From the NCBI GenBank assembly GCA_016234115.1, contig JACRHD010000018.1, forward strand, positions 20,724 to 84,723: 64,000 nucleotides of DNA, written 5' to 3'. The number at the start of each line of letters is the position of its first letter. The stretch's first letter is position 1. This stretch comes from Nitrospirota bacterium (GTDB lineage Bacteria > Nitrospirota > Thermodesulfovibrionia > UBA6902). The notes beneath the pieces were generated by a model that searched no databases, had not been told where the DNA came from, and was given only the letters and a program-made list of their open reading frames with translations. This document shows positions 25,799 to 34,708 of this stretch, piece by piece. The translations under genes were made by a program, and so were the position numbers.

Positions 25799-28225
25799 AT
25801 GCTACGAAAGGTGACAAAAGAGGAGCTTTACAAATGCTGTGAACCGTCTGAAATGCCGTTCAGCACAACTGATGAAATTTCTCCCCTGAAAGAAACCATA
25901 GGACAGAAAAGGGCTCTGAACGCCCTGAGGTTCGGTCTCGGGATCGACAGTCACGGATTCAACATATATATCCTCGGCGAAAGCGGCACCGGAAAGATGA
26001 CGACGATCAGGAAGATACTGGAAGAAAAAGCGGCGAACGAGCCGGTGCCTGCCGACCTGTGTTATGTTTATAACTTCAAGAACCCGGATATGCCGCGCGC
26101 CCTCAGCCTGCCCCCCGGGACGGGACTCGCCTTACACAAAGACATGGACGAGCTTATTACCGCTCTCAGGCAGGAGATACCCAAAATATTCGAATCAAAA
26201 GAATATGAAAAGCAGCGCTCCAAGCTGCTCGAAGATTTCCAGCAAAAACAGAAGAAATTTTTTTCCGACCTTGAAGAAGAGGCGAAGGCAAAGGATTTTA
26301 CTCTGCGGAAGACGGTCAGCGGACTCGTCCTCCTCCCTGTCAAGACAACGGGCGAGACCCTGAGTGAAGAAGAATATGAGGCGCTCGAGCCGAAAGTGAA
26401 GGAGAAGATCGAGGCCATAGGCAGGGAGCTTCAGGAAAAACTCGATGACGTGATACGGATCGTCAGGGAAGAGGAAAAGAAGATCAAGGACATGATGACG
26501 CAGCTCGAGCGCGAGGCCACGCTGTCGTCCGTGGGACACAGGATTGACGAGCTGAAAAGCAAATATAAGTACCATGAAAACGTCATTAATTATCTCGAAG
26601 AGGTAAAAGAGGACATCCTCGCGCACCTTGATGATTTCAAGGCGCAGGAAGAACAGGCGGCCCCGCTCCCCTTTATGAAGCCCGCAAAGACGGAGCCGTC
26701 GTTTGTCAGGTTCGTCGTGAACGTTTTTGTAAATAACAGTGAATTAAAAGGCGCCCCTGTTGTGATTGAAAGCAACCCTACGTATTACAATCTCTTCGGA
26801 AGGGTCGAGCACAAGGTGCAGTACGGAATTGCCGTGACCGATTTCACTATGATAAAAACAGGCTCTCTCCAGGCGGCCAACGGGGGCTATCTGGTAGTGG
26901 ACGCGCTGGAGATGCTGAAGAATATTTTCGCCTATGACGCGCTTAAAAGGACGATAAAGGACAAGGTAATAAAGATAGAAGACGTATGGGAGCAATACCG
27001 CCTGATCTCGACGGTCACGTTAAGACCGGAGGCCATTCCTTTCAACGTAAAGATTATCCTTGTAGGCAGCCCGCGTCTTTATTATCTCCTTTACAATCTT
27101 GACGAGGAATACAGAGAGCTGTTCAAGGTGAAGGCGGACTACGAAAACCGCATGGATAGAAATCCGGAGAACATGCTCAGGTATGCAAGCTTCATCAAGA
27201 CGAAATGCGACGAACGGGGGCTAAAGCCCTTTGATAAAGGGGCGGTCGCAAAGATCATCGAATACGGCTCGCGGTTGGCGGGACATCAGCTCAAGCTGTC
27301 GGCAAAATTCAGCGACGTAGCCGACCTCCTCAGAGAAGCGGACTACTGGGCCGGGGAAAAGAAAAACGGCGCCGTGACCGCGGAAGACATTGAGAAGGCC
27401 CTGGAGGAAAAGACATATCGTTCAAACAAGGTTGAACAGAAGATACTGGAAGCCACCCAGGAAGGGACCATCCTCATGGATACCGAAGGCGCGGTGGCGG
27501 GACAGATCAACGGGCTCTCCGTGCTCGATCTCGGGGATTACAGTTTCGGCATGCCTTCGAGGATCACTGCAAAGAGTTACGCGGGCAGGGCCGGAATTGT
27601 AAATATAGAGAGAGAGACAAAGATGAGCGGCAGGATACATGAAAAGGCGATACTGATACTTACCGCCTACCTCGGCGCCAAATACGCAGTGAAGCATTCT
27701 CTCAGCCTTACAGCGTCCCTGACTTTCGAACAATTATACGGCGGTATCGAAGGGGACAGCGCCACCTGCGCCGAGGTCTACGCGCTCTTAAGCAGCATAT
27801 CCGGCGTGCCGATAAAGCAGTCCTTCGCCGTAACGGGTTCGATGAACCAGCATGGAGAGGTGCAGCCCATCGGCGGGGTGAATGAAAAAATAGAAGGCTT
27901 TTTTGAAGTCTGCAAGCTCAGCGGACTCAACGGGCAGCACGGCGTCATTATCCCGAAACGCAACCTGCTGAACCTGATGCTGAAAAAAGAAGTGACCCTT
28001 GCCGTGGAAGGCGGGAAATTCAATATCTATTCGATTGAAAACGTGGAAGACGGTATAGAAATTCTCACGGGAATGCAGCCGGGTGAAATGCAGCCTGACG
28101 GGACATACCCTGAAGGTACATTCAATTATCTTGTGGCCAAAAGACTGAAAGAGCTTGCTGACGCGCTGAAGGGCGAGAAGGCCGAAGGCAAGAATGACGA
28201 GAAGAAGAAGGAAAACCCGGACTAA
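25799..28225 (+). CDS. Lon-family (LonC-type) AAA protease
   Basis: Walker A GESGTGKMT, coiled-coil insertion, Lon protease domain GDSA (Ser) and GGVNEKIEG (Lys). Confidence 0.88.
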   Translation: MLRKVTKEELYKCCEPSEMPFSTTDEISPLKETIGQKRALNALRFGLGIDSHGFNIYILGESGTGKMTTIRKILEEKAANEPVPADLCYVYNFKNPDMPRALSLPPGTGLALHKDMDELITALRQEIPKIFESKEYEKQRSKLLEDFQQKQKKFFSDLEEEAKAKDFTLRKTVSGLVLLPVKTTGETLSEEEYEALEPKVKEKIEAIGRELQEKLDDVIRIVREEEKKIKDMMTQLEREATLSSVGHRIDELKSKYKYHENVINYLEEVKEDILAHLDDFKAQEEQAAPLPFMKPAKTEPSFVRFVVNVFVNNSELKGAPVVIESNPTYYNLFGRVEHKVQYGIAVTDFTMIKTGSLQAANGGYLVVDALEMLKNIFAYDALKRTIKDKVIKIEDVWEQYRLISTVTLRPEAIPFNVKIILVGSPRLYYLLYNLDEEYRELFKVKADYENRMDRNPENMLRYASFIKTKCDERGLKPFDKGAVAKIIEYGSRLAGHQLKLSAKFSDVADLLREADYWAGEKKNGAVTAEDIEKALEEKTYRSNKVEQKILEATQEGTILMDTEGAVAGQINGLSVLDLGDYSFGMPSRITAKSYAGRAGIVNIERETKMSGRIHEKAILILTAYLGAKYAVKHSLSLTASLTFEQLYGGIEGDSATCAEVYALLSSISGVPIKQSFAVTGSMNQHGEVQPIGGVNEKIEGFFEVCKLSGLNGQHGVIIPKRNLLNLMLKKEVTLAVEGGKFNIYSIENVEDGIEILTGMQPGEMQPDGTYPEGTFNYLVAKRLKELADALKGEKAEGKNDEKKKENPD

Positions 28226-28866
28226 AAGACCGGCAGGGCGAGTTTTTCATTGAGGTACCGGAGATGTTTCTTTAAGAATCTCAACTCCGCGATCGTGTCG
28301 ACGTCATACCAGAACGGAAGCAGGAAGAGACTTACATCAAGCGGCTCCAGATTATCAAGCGTCTTGTTCAGCACTCCAGACGAATCCCATGGGATATCGC
28401 GGAATATCCCTGGAGTTATCTTTTTCTTCGCGCCTATCAGGTACAGGCCGCCGTCACAGCAGGGACCCAGAACAAAGTCATGCCTTTCCAGGGCGGTAAA
28501 CGCCTTCCTTATATAATTCATCGGTATCGTCGGGCTGTCGCTGCCGATCAATACTATCGAGGAATGGCCCTTTTTAAAATAATCCTGGAACGCATGAACG
28601 ATCTTCTCGCCGAGATCTTTGCCACGCTGATCAAATCTTTTCAGATTGTATTTCCCGGCAATTTCGCGCAGGAAGTCATGTTCCGCTGAAGGCGCGCAAC
28701 CCAGGAGCCTGTCTACTCCCTTAAGCCGCGAGCACCGGGACACTATCCCGGTCACAAAGGCCTTGTAAATCTCTGTGACCTTTTCCGGTTCCAGATCAGT
28801 CTGCAATCTCGTCTTCACCGTCCCCGGCACCGGCGCTTTGACAAAGGTAATGAGGGCTTTTTTCAT
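28222..28866 (-). CDS. DUF2064 / TIGR04282-family glycosyltransferase-like protein
   Basis: FVKAPVPGTVKTRL, QRGKDLGEKI, IGSDSP, LGPCCDGGLYLIG, WYDVDT. Confidence 0.8.
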   Translation of the reverse strand: MKKALITFVKAPVPGTVKTRLQTDLEPEKVTEIYKAFVTGIVSRCSRLKGVDRLLGCAPSAEHDFLREIAGKYNLKRFDQRGKDLGEKIVHAFQDYFKKGHSSIVLIGSDSPTIPMNYIRKAFTALERHDFVLGPCCDGGLYLIGAKKKITPGIFRDIPWDSSGVLNKTLDNLEPLDVSLFLLPFWYDVDTIAELRFLKKHLRYLNEKLALPVF

Positions 28867-28909
28867 GAGTTAGTTATAATGCCCGAATCCGGTAAGTCCC
28901 TGAAAAACA

Positions 28910-28984
28910 TGGTGGGCGATGAGGGTATCGAACCCACGACCTCTTCCGTGTGAAGGAAGCGCTCTCCCACTGAGCTAATCGCCC
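28910..28984 (-). tRNA. tRNA-Val(CAC)
   Basis: GGGCGATTAGCTCAGTGGGAGAGCG CTTCC TT CAC AC GGAAG AGGTC GTGGG TTCGATA CCCTC ATCGCCC ACCA; full cloverleaf, encoded CCA. Confidence 0.95.
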
Positions 28985-29403
28985 TCGGCGGCATTAATTA
29001 AAGATTATAAGGAAACCCGCTGTTTAAATCAAATGTTCCGTGATATGGATTACGAATCATTTTATCTCTATCTGTTAAGATGAAATTATGCTGACTGAGA
29101 AATTGCTCACACTGTGTTACTTGAAGGATTTTTTACAACGCATTAAGAAAATCGTAAAAAAAGATTCTCTTGACAACAGGGGGATTTATCTGATTTCATT
29201 AATTGGCGTTGAAAGTTTGTATAATCGGAGTTCTTTTTGATATGATCTGTACGATTAATAATTGTTCTATTGGAAATAGCAATGGTGAAAGTATAAGGTT
29301 TAAGGATTTAATAATTTTTCCCGATAAAGTCACTATATAAAGGGCGCAATATGTAACACGATAAAACTGATGAGAAAAAATAATTATATAGTGAGAGCAG
29401 ACG

Positions 29404-29448
29404 AGACCATCTTAAGGCTGAGACACGCCGTCAAGATGGTCTTTTTTC
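29404..29448 (+). terminator. Terminator-like hairpin in the pilM leader
   Basis: Perfect 10-bp stem agaccatctt/aagatggtct, inner ggc-tgagacac-gcc hairpin, followed by a T run. Confidence 0.55.
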
Positions 29449-29475
29449 ATACCTTGTTAAATAAGGAGAGGAACG

Positions 29476-30534
29476 ATTATTAACATATTCGGGAAAAAAG
29501 GGATTGTCGGACTTGATATCGGCTCCAGGCACATCAAGGCCGTTCAACTAAAAGAAGTCAGAGGGAAATATCACCTTGAGCGCCTGGGAATTACCACCCT
29601 TGAACCCGAACTGATTGTAGATGGTTCCATACTTGATTCAGCCCGCGTCATCGAAGCGATCAAGGGACTGATCGCGAATACCAACATCAAGGTGAAGGAC
29701 GTCACTTTATCTCTTTCAGGCCATTCTTCGGTAATTATAAAAAGGGTGTCCCTCCCTGAGATGTCGGAGGATGAACTGGGCGAATCGATAAAATTTGAGG
29801 CAGAGCAGTATATTCCGTTCGATATCGAAGACGTTAACCTCGACTTTCAGATACTCGGTCTGGCCGATAAGGCAAATATGATGGATGTCGTTATCGTTGC
29901 CGCAAAGAAAGACAAGATAAACGAGTACGTGACGGTGGCCAAAGAAGCGGGACTGTCTCCCGTTATTGTCGATGTCGATGCGTTCGCTCTTGAAAATATG
30001 TACGAACTCAATTACGAAGTGAAGCAGGATGAGAATGTGGCTATTGTCAATATCGGGGCAAGTATGATCAATATCAACATCCTGAAGGGAGGGGGGTCAG
30101 TCTTTACAAGAGACAGCGCTGTCGGCGGCAATCTGCATACCGAGGCCTTGCAAAAGGAATTTACCATATCATATGCCAGCGCGGAAAAGCTGAAACAGGA
30201 AGGCTCTATGGAGGGGATTTCCAAAGAGGATGTTGCTGCGGCGCTGACCTCTGCCTCGGAAGACATAATTGCGGAAATCTCCCGTTCGTTCGATTATTTC
30301 AGGGACACTACAAACTATGAGAATATCAACGAGATACTATTATGCGGGGGAGGGGCGCTTACCGAGGGGTTTGTCTCTATGCTGGCAGAGAAATCCGGAA
30401 TAAATGTCAGGATGGTAGAGCCCCTTAAGAATATCCATGTCCCGGACTCTTTCGACAGGGAATACTTAAGTAAGGTTGAGCCCGTCATATCCGTCGCCGT
30501 AGGGCTGGCCTTAAGGAGCTTAGGGGACAAATGA
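29476..30534 (+). CDS. pilM: Type IV pilus assembly protein PilM (start inferred at ATT; ORF track starts late at 29692)
   Basis: In-frame IFGKKGIVGLDIGSRHIKAVQL upstream of 29692; FEAEQYIPF, VDVDAFAL, NIGAS, CGGGA, VAVGLALR. Confidence 0.9.
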   Translation: MINIFGKKGIVGLDIGSRHIKAVQLKEVRGKYHLERLGITTLEPELIVDGSILDSARVIEAIKGLIANTNIKVKDVTLSLSGHSSVIIKRVSLPEMSEDELGESIKFEAEQYIPFDIEDVNLDFQILGLADKANMMDVVIVAAKKDKINEYVTVAKEAGLSPVIVDVDAFALENMYELNYEVKQDENVAIVNIGASMININILKGGGSVFTRDSAVGGNLHTEALQKEFTISYASAEKLKQEGSMEGISKEDVAAALTSASEDIIAEISRSFDYFRDTTNYENINEILLCGGGALTEGFVSMLAEKSGINVRMVEPLKNIHVPDSFDREYLSKVEPVISVAVGLALRSLGDK

Positions 30535-31061
30535 TAAGAATAAATCTGCTCCCGACAAAAAAGGCGATAAAAATACCCCCTGTCTTTTCTTACGGCATGG
30601 CCGCCGCCGTTATATTGGTGATCGTCCTTTTGGCATCCGGCGTTTACCTCTCTAATAAGGTTTCAGGAATGCAGGCCGATGTGAAGACCAAGGAAAAGAG
30701 GCTGGAGGAACTGAAGAAGGCGATACTGGAAATCCAGAACTATGAGAAATACAATCAGGAGGTAAGAGAGAAGACCCAGATAATCGAGCAATTAAAAAGG
30801 AACCAGGTCGTGCCGCTGAGACTCCTTGACGGAGTGAGCGAAATGCTTCCAAACGGAGTGTGGCTTACGTCTCTTACAGACAAGGACGGAGTTGTAAGTA
30901 TAGAAGGGTATGCCCATACGAATTATGATCTGGTCGGATATGTCCAGAACCTTAAGGGGGCCAAATACTTTACGGACGTTATGCTGGTGGAATCCCGGCA
31001 GACGGCGATCGAATCGGTTTCTGTTTACAAATTCAAGCTCACATTCAGGATCAAAGGGTAG
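30531..31061 (+). CDS. pilN: Type IV pilus assembly protein PilN
   Basis: MIRINLLP motif, TM, coiled coil, LPNGVWLTSL. Confidence 0.92.
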   Translation: MIRINLLPTKKAIKIPPVFSYGMAAAVILVIVLLASGVYLSNKVSGMQADVKTKEKRLEELKKAILEIQNYEKYNQEVREKTQIIEQLKRNQVVPLRLLDGVSEMLPNGVWLTSLTDKDGVVSIEGYAHTNYDLVGYVQNLKGAKYFTDVMLVESRQTAIESVSVYKFKLTFRIKG

Positions 31062-31066
31062 AGAAT

Positions 31067-31747
31067 ATGGCGATCAATATAAACATAAATTTCAGCAGAG
31101 TAAAAAAACTTCCTGTGAAATTACAGGTCCTGATAGTGGCGATACCCTGTCTTGTGCTTCTCGCGCTGTTTATATTTCTTGTTCTCCTGCCGAAACATAA
31201 GGAAATCCGTACGCTCGATGCCAGGATAGCAAAACTGAACCAGGAGATTGCCGGCAGCGAAGCCATGGTCAAGAGACTTGACGTGCTGATCGAAGAAAAT
31301 AAAATGTTAAAAACAAAATTGGCGAAATTGAAGGAGCAGCTTCCAGAGGAGAAAGAGGTATCCGAGCTTTTGAGGCAGACCTCCGAATTGGGGCTCCAAT
31401 CAGGGCTGGAAATACTCTTATGGAGACCGGAGGCAAAGAAGACAAGCCCGGACTATCTTTATGTTGAAATACCCGTAAAGGTCGAAGTGCTGACGGGATA
31501 TCATAATCTCGGTGTCTTTTTCAGCCATATCAGCCGGTTGCCGCGTCTTGTGAATATTTCCGGCATCGAGCTGCGCGTCAAGGAGAAGAAGGGCGCCGGG
31601 GAAGGCGACATCACTGCCGCGTTTACCGCGCGTACATTCGCCTCCGTAAGCCCTGAAGAACTGAGCAGGATGAAAGCCGCGGAGCCTGTAAAGGACCCGA
31701 AAGGGCAGGGCGCGTCAAAGGGCCAGGCGGCGCCGGAGAAAAAATGA
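31067..31747 (+). CDS. pilO: Type IV pilus assembly protein PilO
   Basis: LPEEKEVSELL, YHNLGVFFSHISRLPRLVNI. Confidence 0.92.
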   Translation: MAINININFSRVKKLPVKLQVLIVAIPCLVLLALFIFLVLLPKHKEIRTLDARIAKLNQEIAGSEAMVKRLDVLIEENKMLKTKLAKLKEQLPEEKEVSELLRQTSELGLQSGLEILLWRPEAKKTSPDYLYVEIPVKVEVLTGYHNLGVFFSHISRLPRLVNISGIELRVKEKKGAGEGDITAAFTARTFASVSPEELSRMKAAEPVKDPKGQGASKGQAAPEKK

Positions 31748-32292
31748 AAACTAAGGATAAACACATAAAATTTGCCGCGGCCTTACTGTCCGTATCGCTG
31801 CTTCTTATCCCGGTCCTGCATGGATGCAAGAAGAAGACGCCGCCTGCCAAGCCCGGAGCTACCCAGGGCGAAACAGGGCAGCCGGTCGCGTCCCTGGCCA
31901 GGCAACCGGAGGCGGCAGTAGTGGAAACCGTACAGGAAGAAGGTTACATTTATCAGCCTGGAGACCGGAGGGACCCTTTCGTACCTCTCATCGTACCGAC
32001 CCAAAAAGCTGAAGCGAAAGGGACCCCGGCGGCACGGTTAGGCACTCTTGAAAGTTATGATATCACTGAATTTGCATTATTGGCTATCGCCAAGAAAGGC
32101 GACAAATATTATGCGCTCCTTATTACGCCCGACAACAGGTCTTTCACGGTATATAAAGGATCGGGCATCGGATTACATAAGGGGCGTGTCGAAGACATTT
32201 CGGGCGGCAAAGTCGTATTAGTTGAATACTCAAAGGATTTCAGAGGAGACTTGCGGCCCAAACAAATAATTTTAGAATTAAAAGAGAGGTAA
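31744..32292 (+). CDS. pilP: Type IV pilus assembly lipoprotein PilP
   Basis: Lipobox LHGC, RRDPF, LESYDITEFAL, GLHKGRV. Confidence 0.88.
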   Translation: MKTKDKHIKFAAALLSVSLLLIPVLHGCKKKTPPAKPGATQGETGQPVASLARQPEAAVVETVQEEGYIYQPGDRRDPFVPLIVPTQKAEAKGTPAARLGTLESYDITEFALLAIAKKGDKYYALLITPDNRSFTVYKGSGIGLHKGRVEDISGGKVVLVEYSKDFRGDLRPKQIILELKER

Positions 32293-32296
32293 AATA

Positions 32297-34006
32297 ATGC
32301 GAATCGGGAAATGCTTTTTATATTTTATGGTCTTATTGATCGGGGGCCTTCCGGTGTTTGATGCCCTGGCGCAAGAGCATCCGGAGATTAAGAGTATAGA
32401 GGTACAGGACCGTAACGGGACCACCGAAATTAAAATAATATCAAGCGCTCCCTTTAATTATATTGTCGACAAGGAATCCGACCCGTATCAGGTTATCGTC
32501 GAACTGCAGAATATGGAACTGGGCGAATTTCGGGAGAAGATGATCGTCAACAAGGCCGGCGTATCGGAGATAATACCCATGCAGGACCGGAGTTCATCCG
32601 GTATCTCCAAATTAAAGATTGCCCTGACAGTGCCTGCAGATGTCGAGCCGGAGTATGTGGACAACACCCTTATTCTTACCTTCATGAACCCGGAACATGC
32701 TGAATCCATGAATGCGCCGGGGGAGACGGAAGAGGCGTCATCCGTGGAGACAGAGGAAAGGAAGCCTTTTGAAACCAGGGAATACGTAGGTGAGAAGATC
32801 AATATTGATTTCCAGGAGGCGGACCTTGTCCATATCTTCAGGCTTATCGCGGATATAAGCGGTTATAACATCGTCGTGAGTCCTGAGGTAAAGGGCAAAT
32901 TTTCCATGAAGCTCATCGACGTGCCGTGGGACCAGGCCCTTGATGTGATACTTAGAAATTATGGTCTTTCCAAGACACTGGACGAGAACATCATTCGTAT
33001 AGCGCCGACTGCCGTAATCGCCAAGGAGGAAGAAGAAATCGCTCAGGCAAAAGAGTCCCAGGAAAAATCCGGCAATCTCGTCACTAAGGTATACGCGATC
33101 AATTATGCCAACGTTGATGAGGTCAAAAGATCGGTTGAGACGGCCAAGATACTTTCAAAGCGGGGGTTCATCAGCGCTGATGCAAGGACAAGCTCCGTCA
33201 TCATCAAAGACGTTGAAAAAATGCATACTGAATTTGGGACCATCATCGAGGCGCTCGATGTCCCGACTCCCCAGGTCAGCATTGACGCGAAGATTGTGGA
33301 AGTCAATACTACTTATTCAAAGGAACTCGGGATACAATGGGGAGCGCTTGCTAAGCCCAATCCCCAGTCACAGATTTCAGGCACGAACCTCACTACCGCC
33401 AACGGTTTCTTCTCCGGCAATCCTTTGCTGGTAAATCTTCCCGCTGCCGTTAGTCCGGGGTCGGGAGGCGCAATAGGGATAGGCTATATATCCGCAGGCA
33501 TTCTGAGGTCAATCGACATACAGCTTTCCGCGCTGGAATCCATCGGTAAAGGCAAGGTGGTCTCAAGCCCGAGGGTAATGACAATGGACAACCAGAAAGC
33601 GAAGATCCTGCAGGGCAAGAAAATCCCATATGAGACAATTTCTCAGGAAGGGACGCAGACCGCGTTTGTCGATGCGGCGCTGGAGCTTACGGTTACTCCT
33701 CACATAACGCCTGAAGGGACCATTCTCATGAATATCGATACGAAAAAGAATGAAGCGGATTTTTCCAATGTTTCTTTCAACGGCGTGCCCACCATAAATA
33801 CCAACGAGCTCTCAACGCAGGTATTGATAAAAGACGGAGACACGCTGGCCTTAGCCGGGATACTGAAGACAATATATTCAAAAGACTCGACAGGCGTGCC
33901 TAAATTGAGAACGATACCAGGCTTCGGATGGCTGTTCAAGAAAGAAGAAAAGACGGAAGACTCAACCGAGCTGATGATTTTTATAACTCCGAGGATAGTG
34001 AAATGA
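32297..34006 (+). CDS. pilQ: Type IV pilus secretin PilQ
   Basis: AMIN-like N-terminus, YVGEKINIDFQEADL, VPWDQALD, QVSIDAKIVE, IPGFGWLFK, ELMIFITPRIV. Confidence 0.95.
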   Translation: MRIGKCFLYFMVLLIGGLPVFDALAQEHPEIKSIEVQDRNGTTEIKIISSAPFNYIVDKESDPYQVIVELQNMELGEFREKMIVNKAGVSEIIPMQDRSSSGISKLKIALTVPADVEPEYVDNTLILTFMNPEHAESMNAPGETEEASSVETEERKPFETREYVGEKINIDFQEADLVHIFRLIADISGYNIVVSPEVKGKFSMKLIDVPWDQALDVILRNYGLSKTLDENIIRIAPTAVIAKEEEEIAQAKESQEKSGNLVTKVYAINYANVDEVKRSVETAKILSKRGFISADARTSSVIIKDVEKMHTEFGTIIEALDVPTPQVSIDAKIVEVNTTYSKELGIQWGALAKPNPQSQISGTNLTTANGFFSGNPLLVNLPAAVSPGSGGAIGIGYISAGILRSIDIQLSALESIGKGKVVSSPRVMTMDNQKAKILQGKKIPYETISQEGTQTAFVDAALELTVTPHITPEGTILMNIDTKKNEADFSNVSFNGVPTINTNELSTQVLIKDGDTLALAGILKTIYSKDSTGVPKLRTIPGFGWLFKKEEKTEDSTELMIFITPRIVK

Positions 34007-34082
34007 GTTCTCTTAAGTTGACGATGACACGTGACGATAAGAGTAAAGTAATGAATTCGGCAAATCGAGAAGTAGAAAAATC

Positions 34083-34571
34083 ATGTTTGGAGGCAAAATG
34101 AGAACACTTACTGTTCCTTTAATGATAGTGGCCCTGTTTTTGATATTATCCGCCTGCGGGGGTGGGGGCGGCGGCGTCGACGCCCCGGCTGAGAGCACTC
34201 TTACCACCAGCGTCGCTTCAATATCCGTGGAATTTGCGGAGACTGATCCTTATAGCTGCAGCATCGTAGATTCTTTTGTAATCAGCGCCAAGACTGCAAG
34301 TGGAATCCCGCTTAATAATGTAACCCTGACGATATTTTTCCCGTATGCGCAGCCGTACGGGTCTATTCAGTTGTATGACGGAAACCCCGCGTCCGGGGCC
34401 CCTGCCAAAGATGCGCCGATGACTGTAACAACTGATGAGAATGGGATATATATCCTTTACTTTACATATTGCGGAGGGGGAGGCGTAGAATATAAATCCG
34501 ACTTCACTGTCACTTCAGGTGCCCTCTTTGAAGCTGTGACATTCGAAGTAAAGAAAGTTTCGGATGCTTAG
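34083..34571 (+). CDS. Hypothetical lipoprotein, beta-rich (Ig-like), downstream of pilQ
   Basis: Lipobox LSAC followed by GGGGG; TTDENG motif typical of Ig-like domains. Confidence 0.6.
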   Translation: MFGGKMRTLTVPLMIVALFLILSACGGGGGGVDAPAESTLTTSVASISVEFAETDPYSCSIVDSFVISAKTASGIPLNNVTLTIFFPYAQPYGSIQLYDGNPASGAPAKDAPMTVTTDENGIYILYFTYCGGGGVEYKSDFTVTSGALFEAVTFEVKKVSDA

Positions 34572-34594
34572 CAGCAGCTAATTAGAAAATGCGC

Positions 34595-34629
34595 AAACAA
34601 AAATACCCCTTACCGGGGTATTTTTGTTT
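34595..34629. terminator. Bidirectional intrinsic terminator-like palindrome
   Basis: aaacaaaaatacccc ttacc ggggtatttttgttt. Confidence 0.7.
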
Positions 34630-34708
34630 GCCGTCGTCCATGCTTCGGCAGCCACCTTTACTTCCCTATTCATTTCTAATAACATAGAAGCAAAAAGTCA
34701 CACATCCT

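Noticed and set aside
24747-28984. xerD plus tRNA-Val as an integrative element
   Set aside because: The recombinase is a typical chromosomal XerD. I found no duplicated tRNA 3' end (att site), and the intervening genes are housekeeping-like.
28910-28984. U:U mismatch in the tRNA-Val T-stem as a sign of pseudogenisation
   Set aside because: A single mismatch with all other arms, conserved bases and CCA intact.
29000-29460. c-di-GMP (GEMM) riboswitch or sigma-54 promoter upstream of pilM
   Set aside because: No GGCAAAC..GAAA..GACGCAAAG core and no correctly spaced GG-N10-GC; only the terminator-like hairpin is supported.
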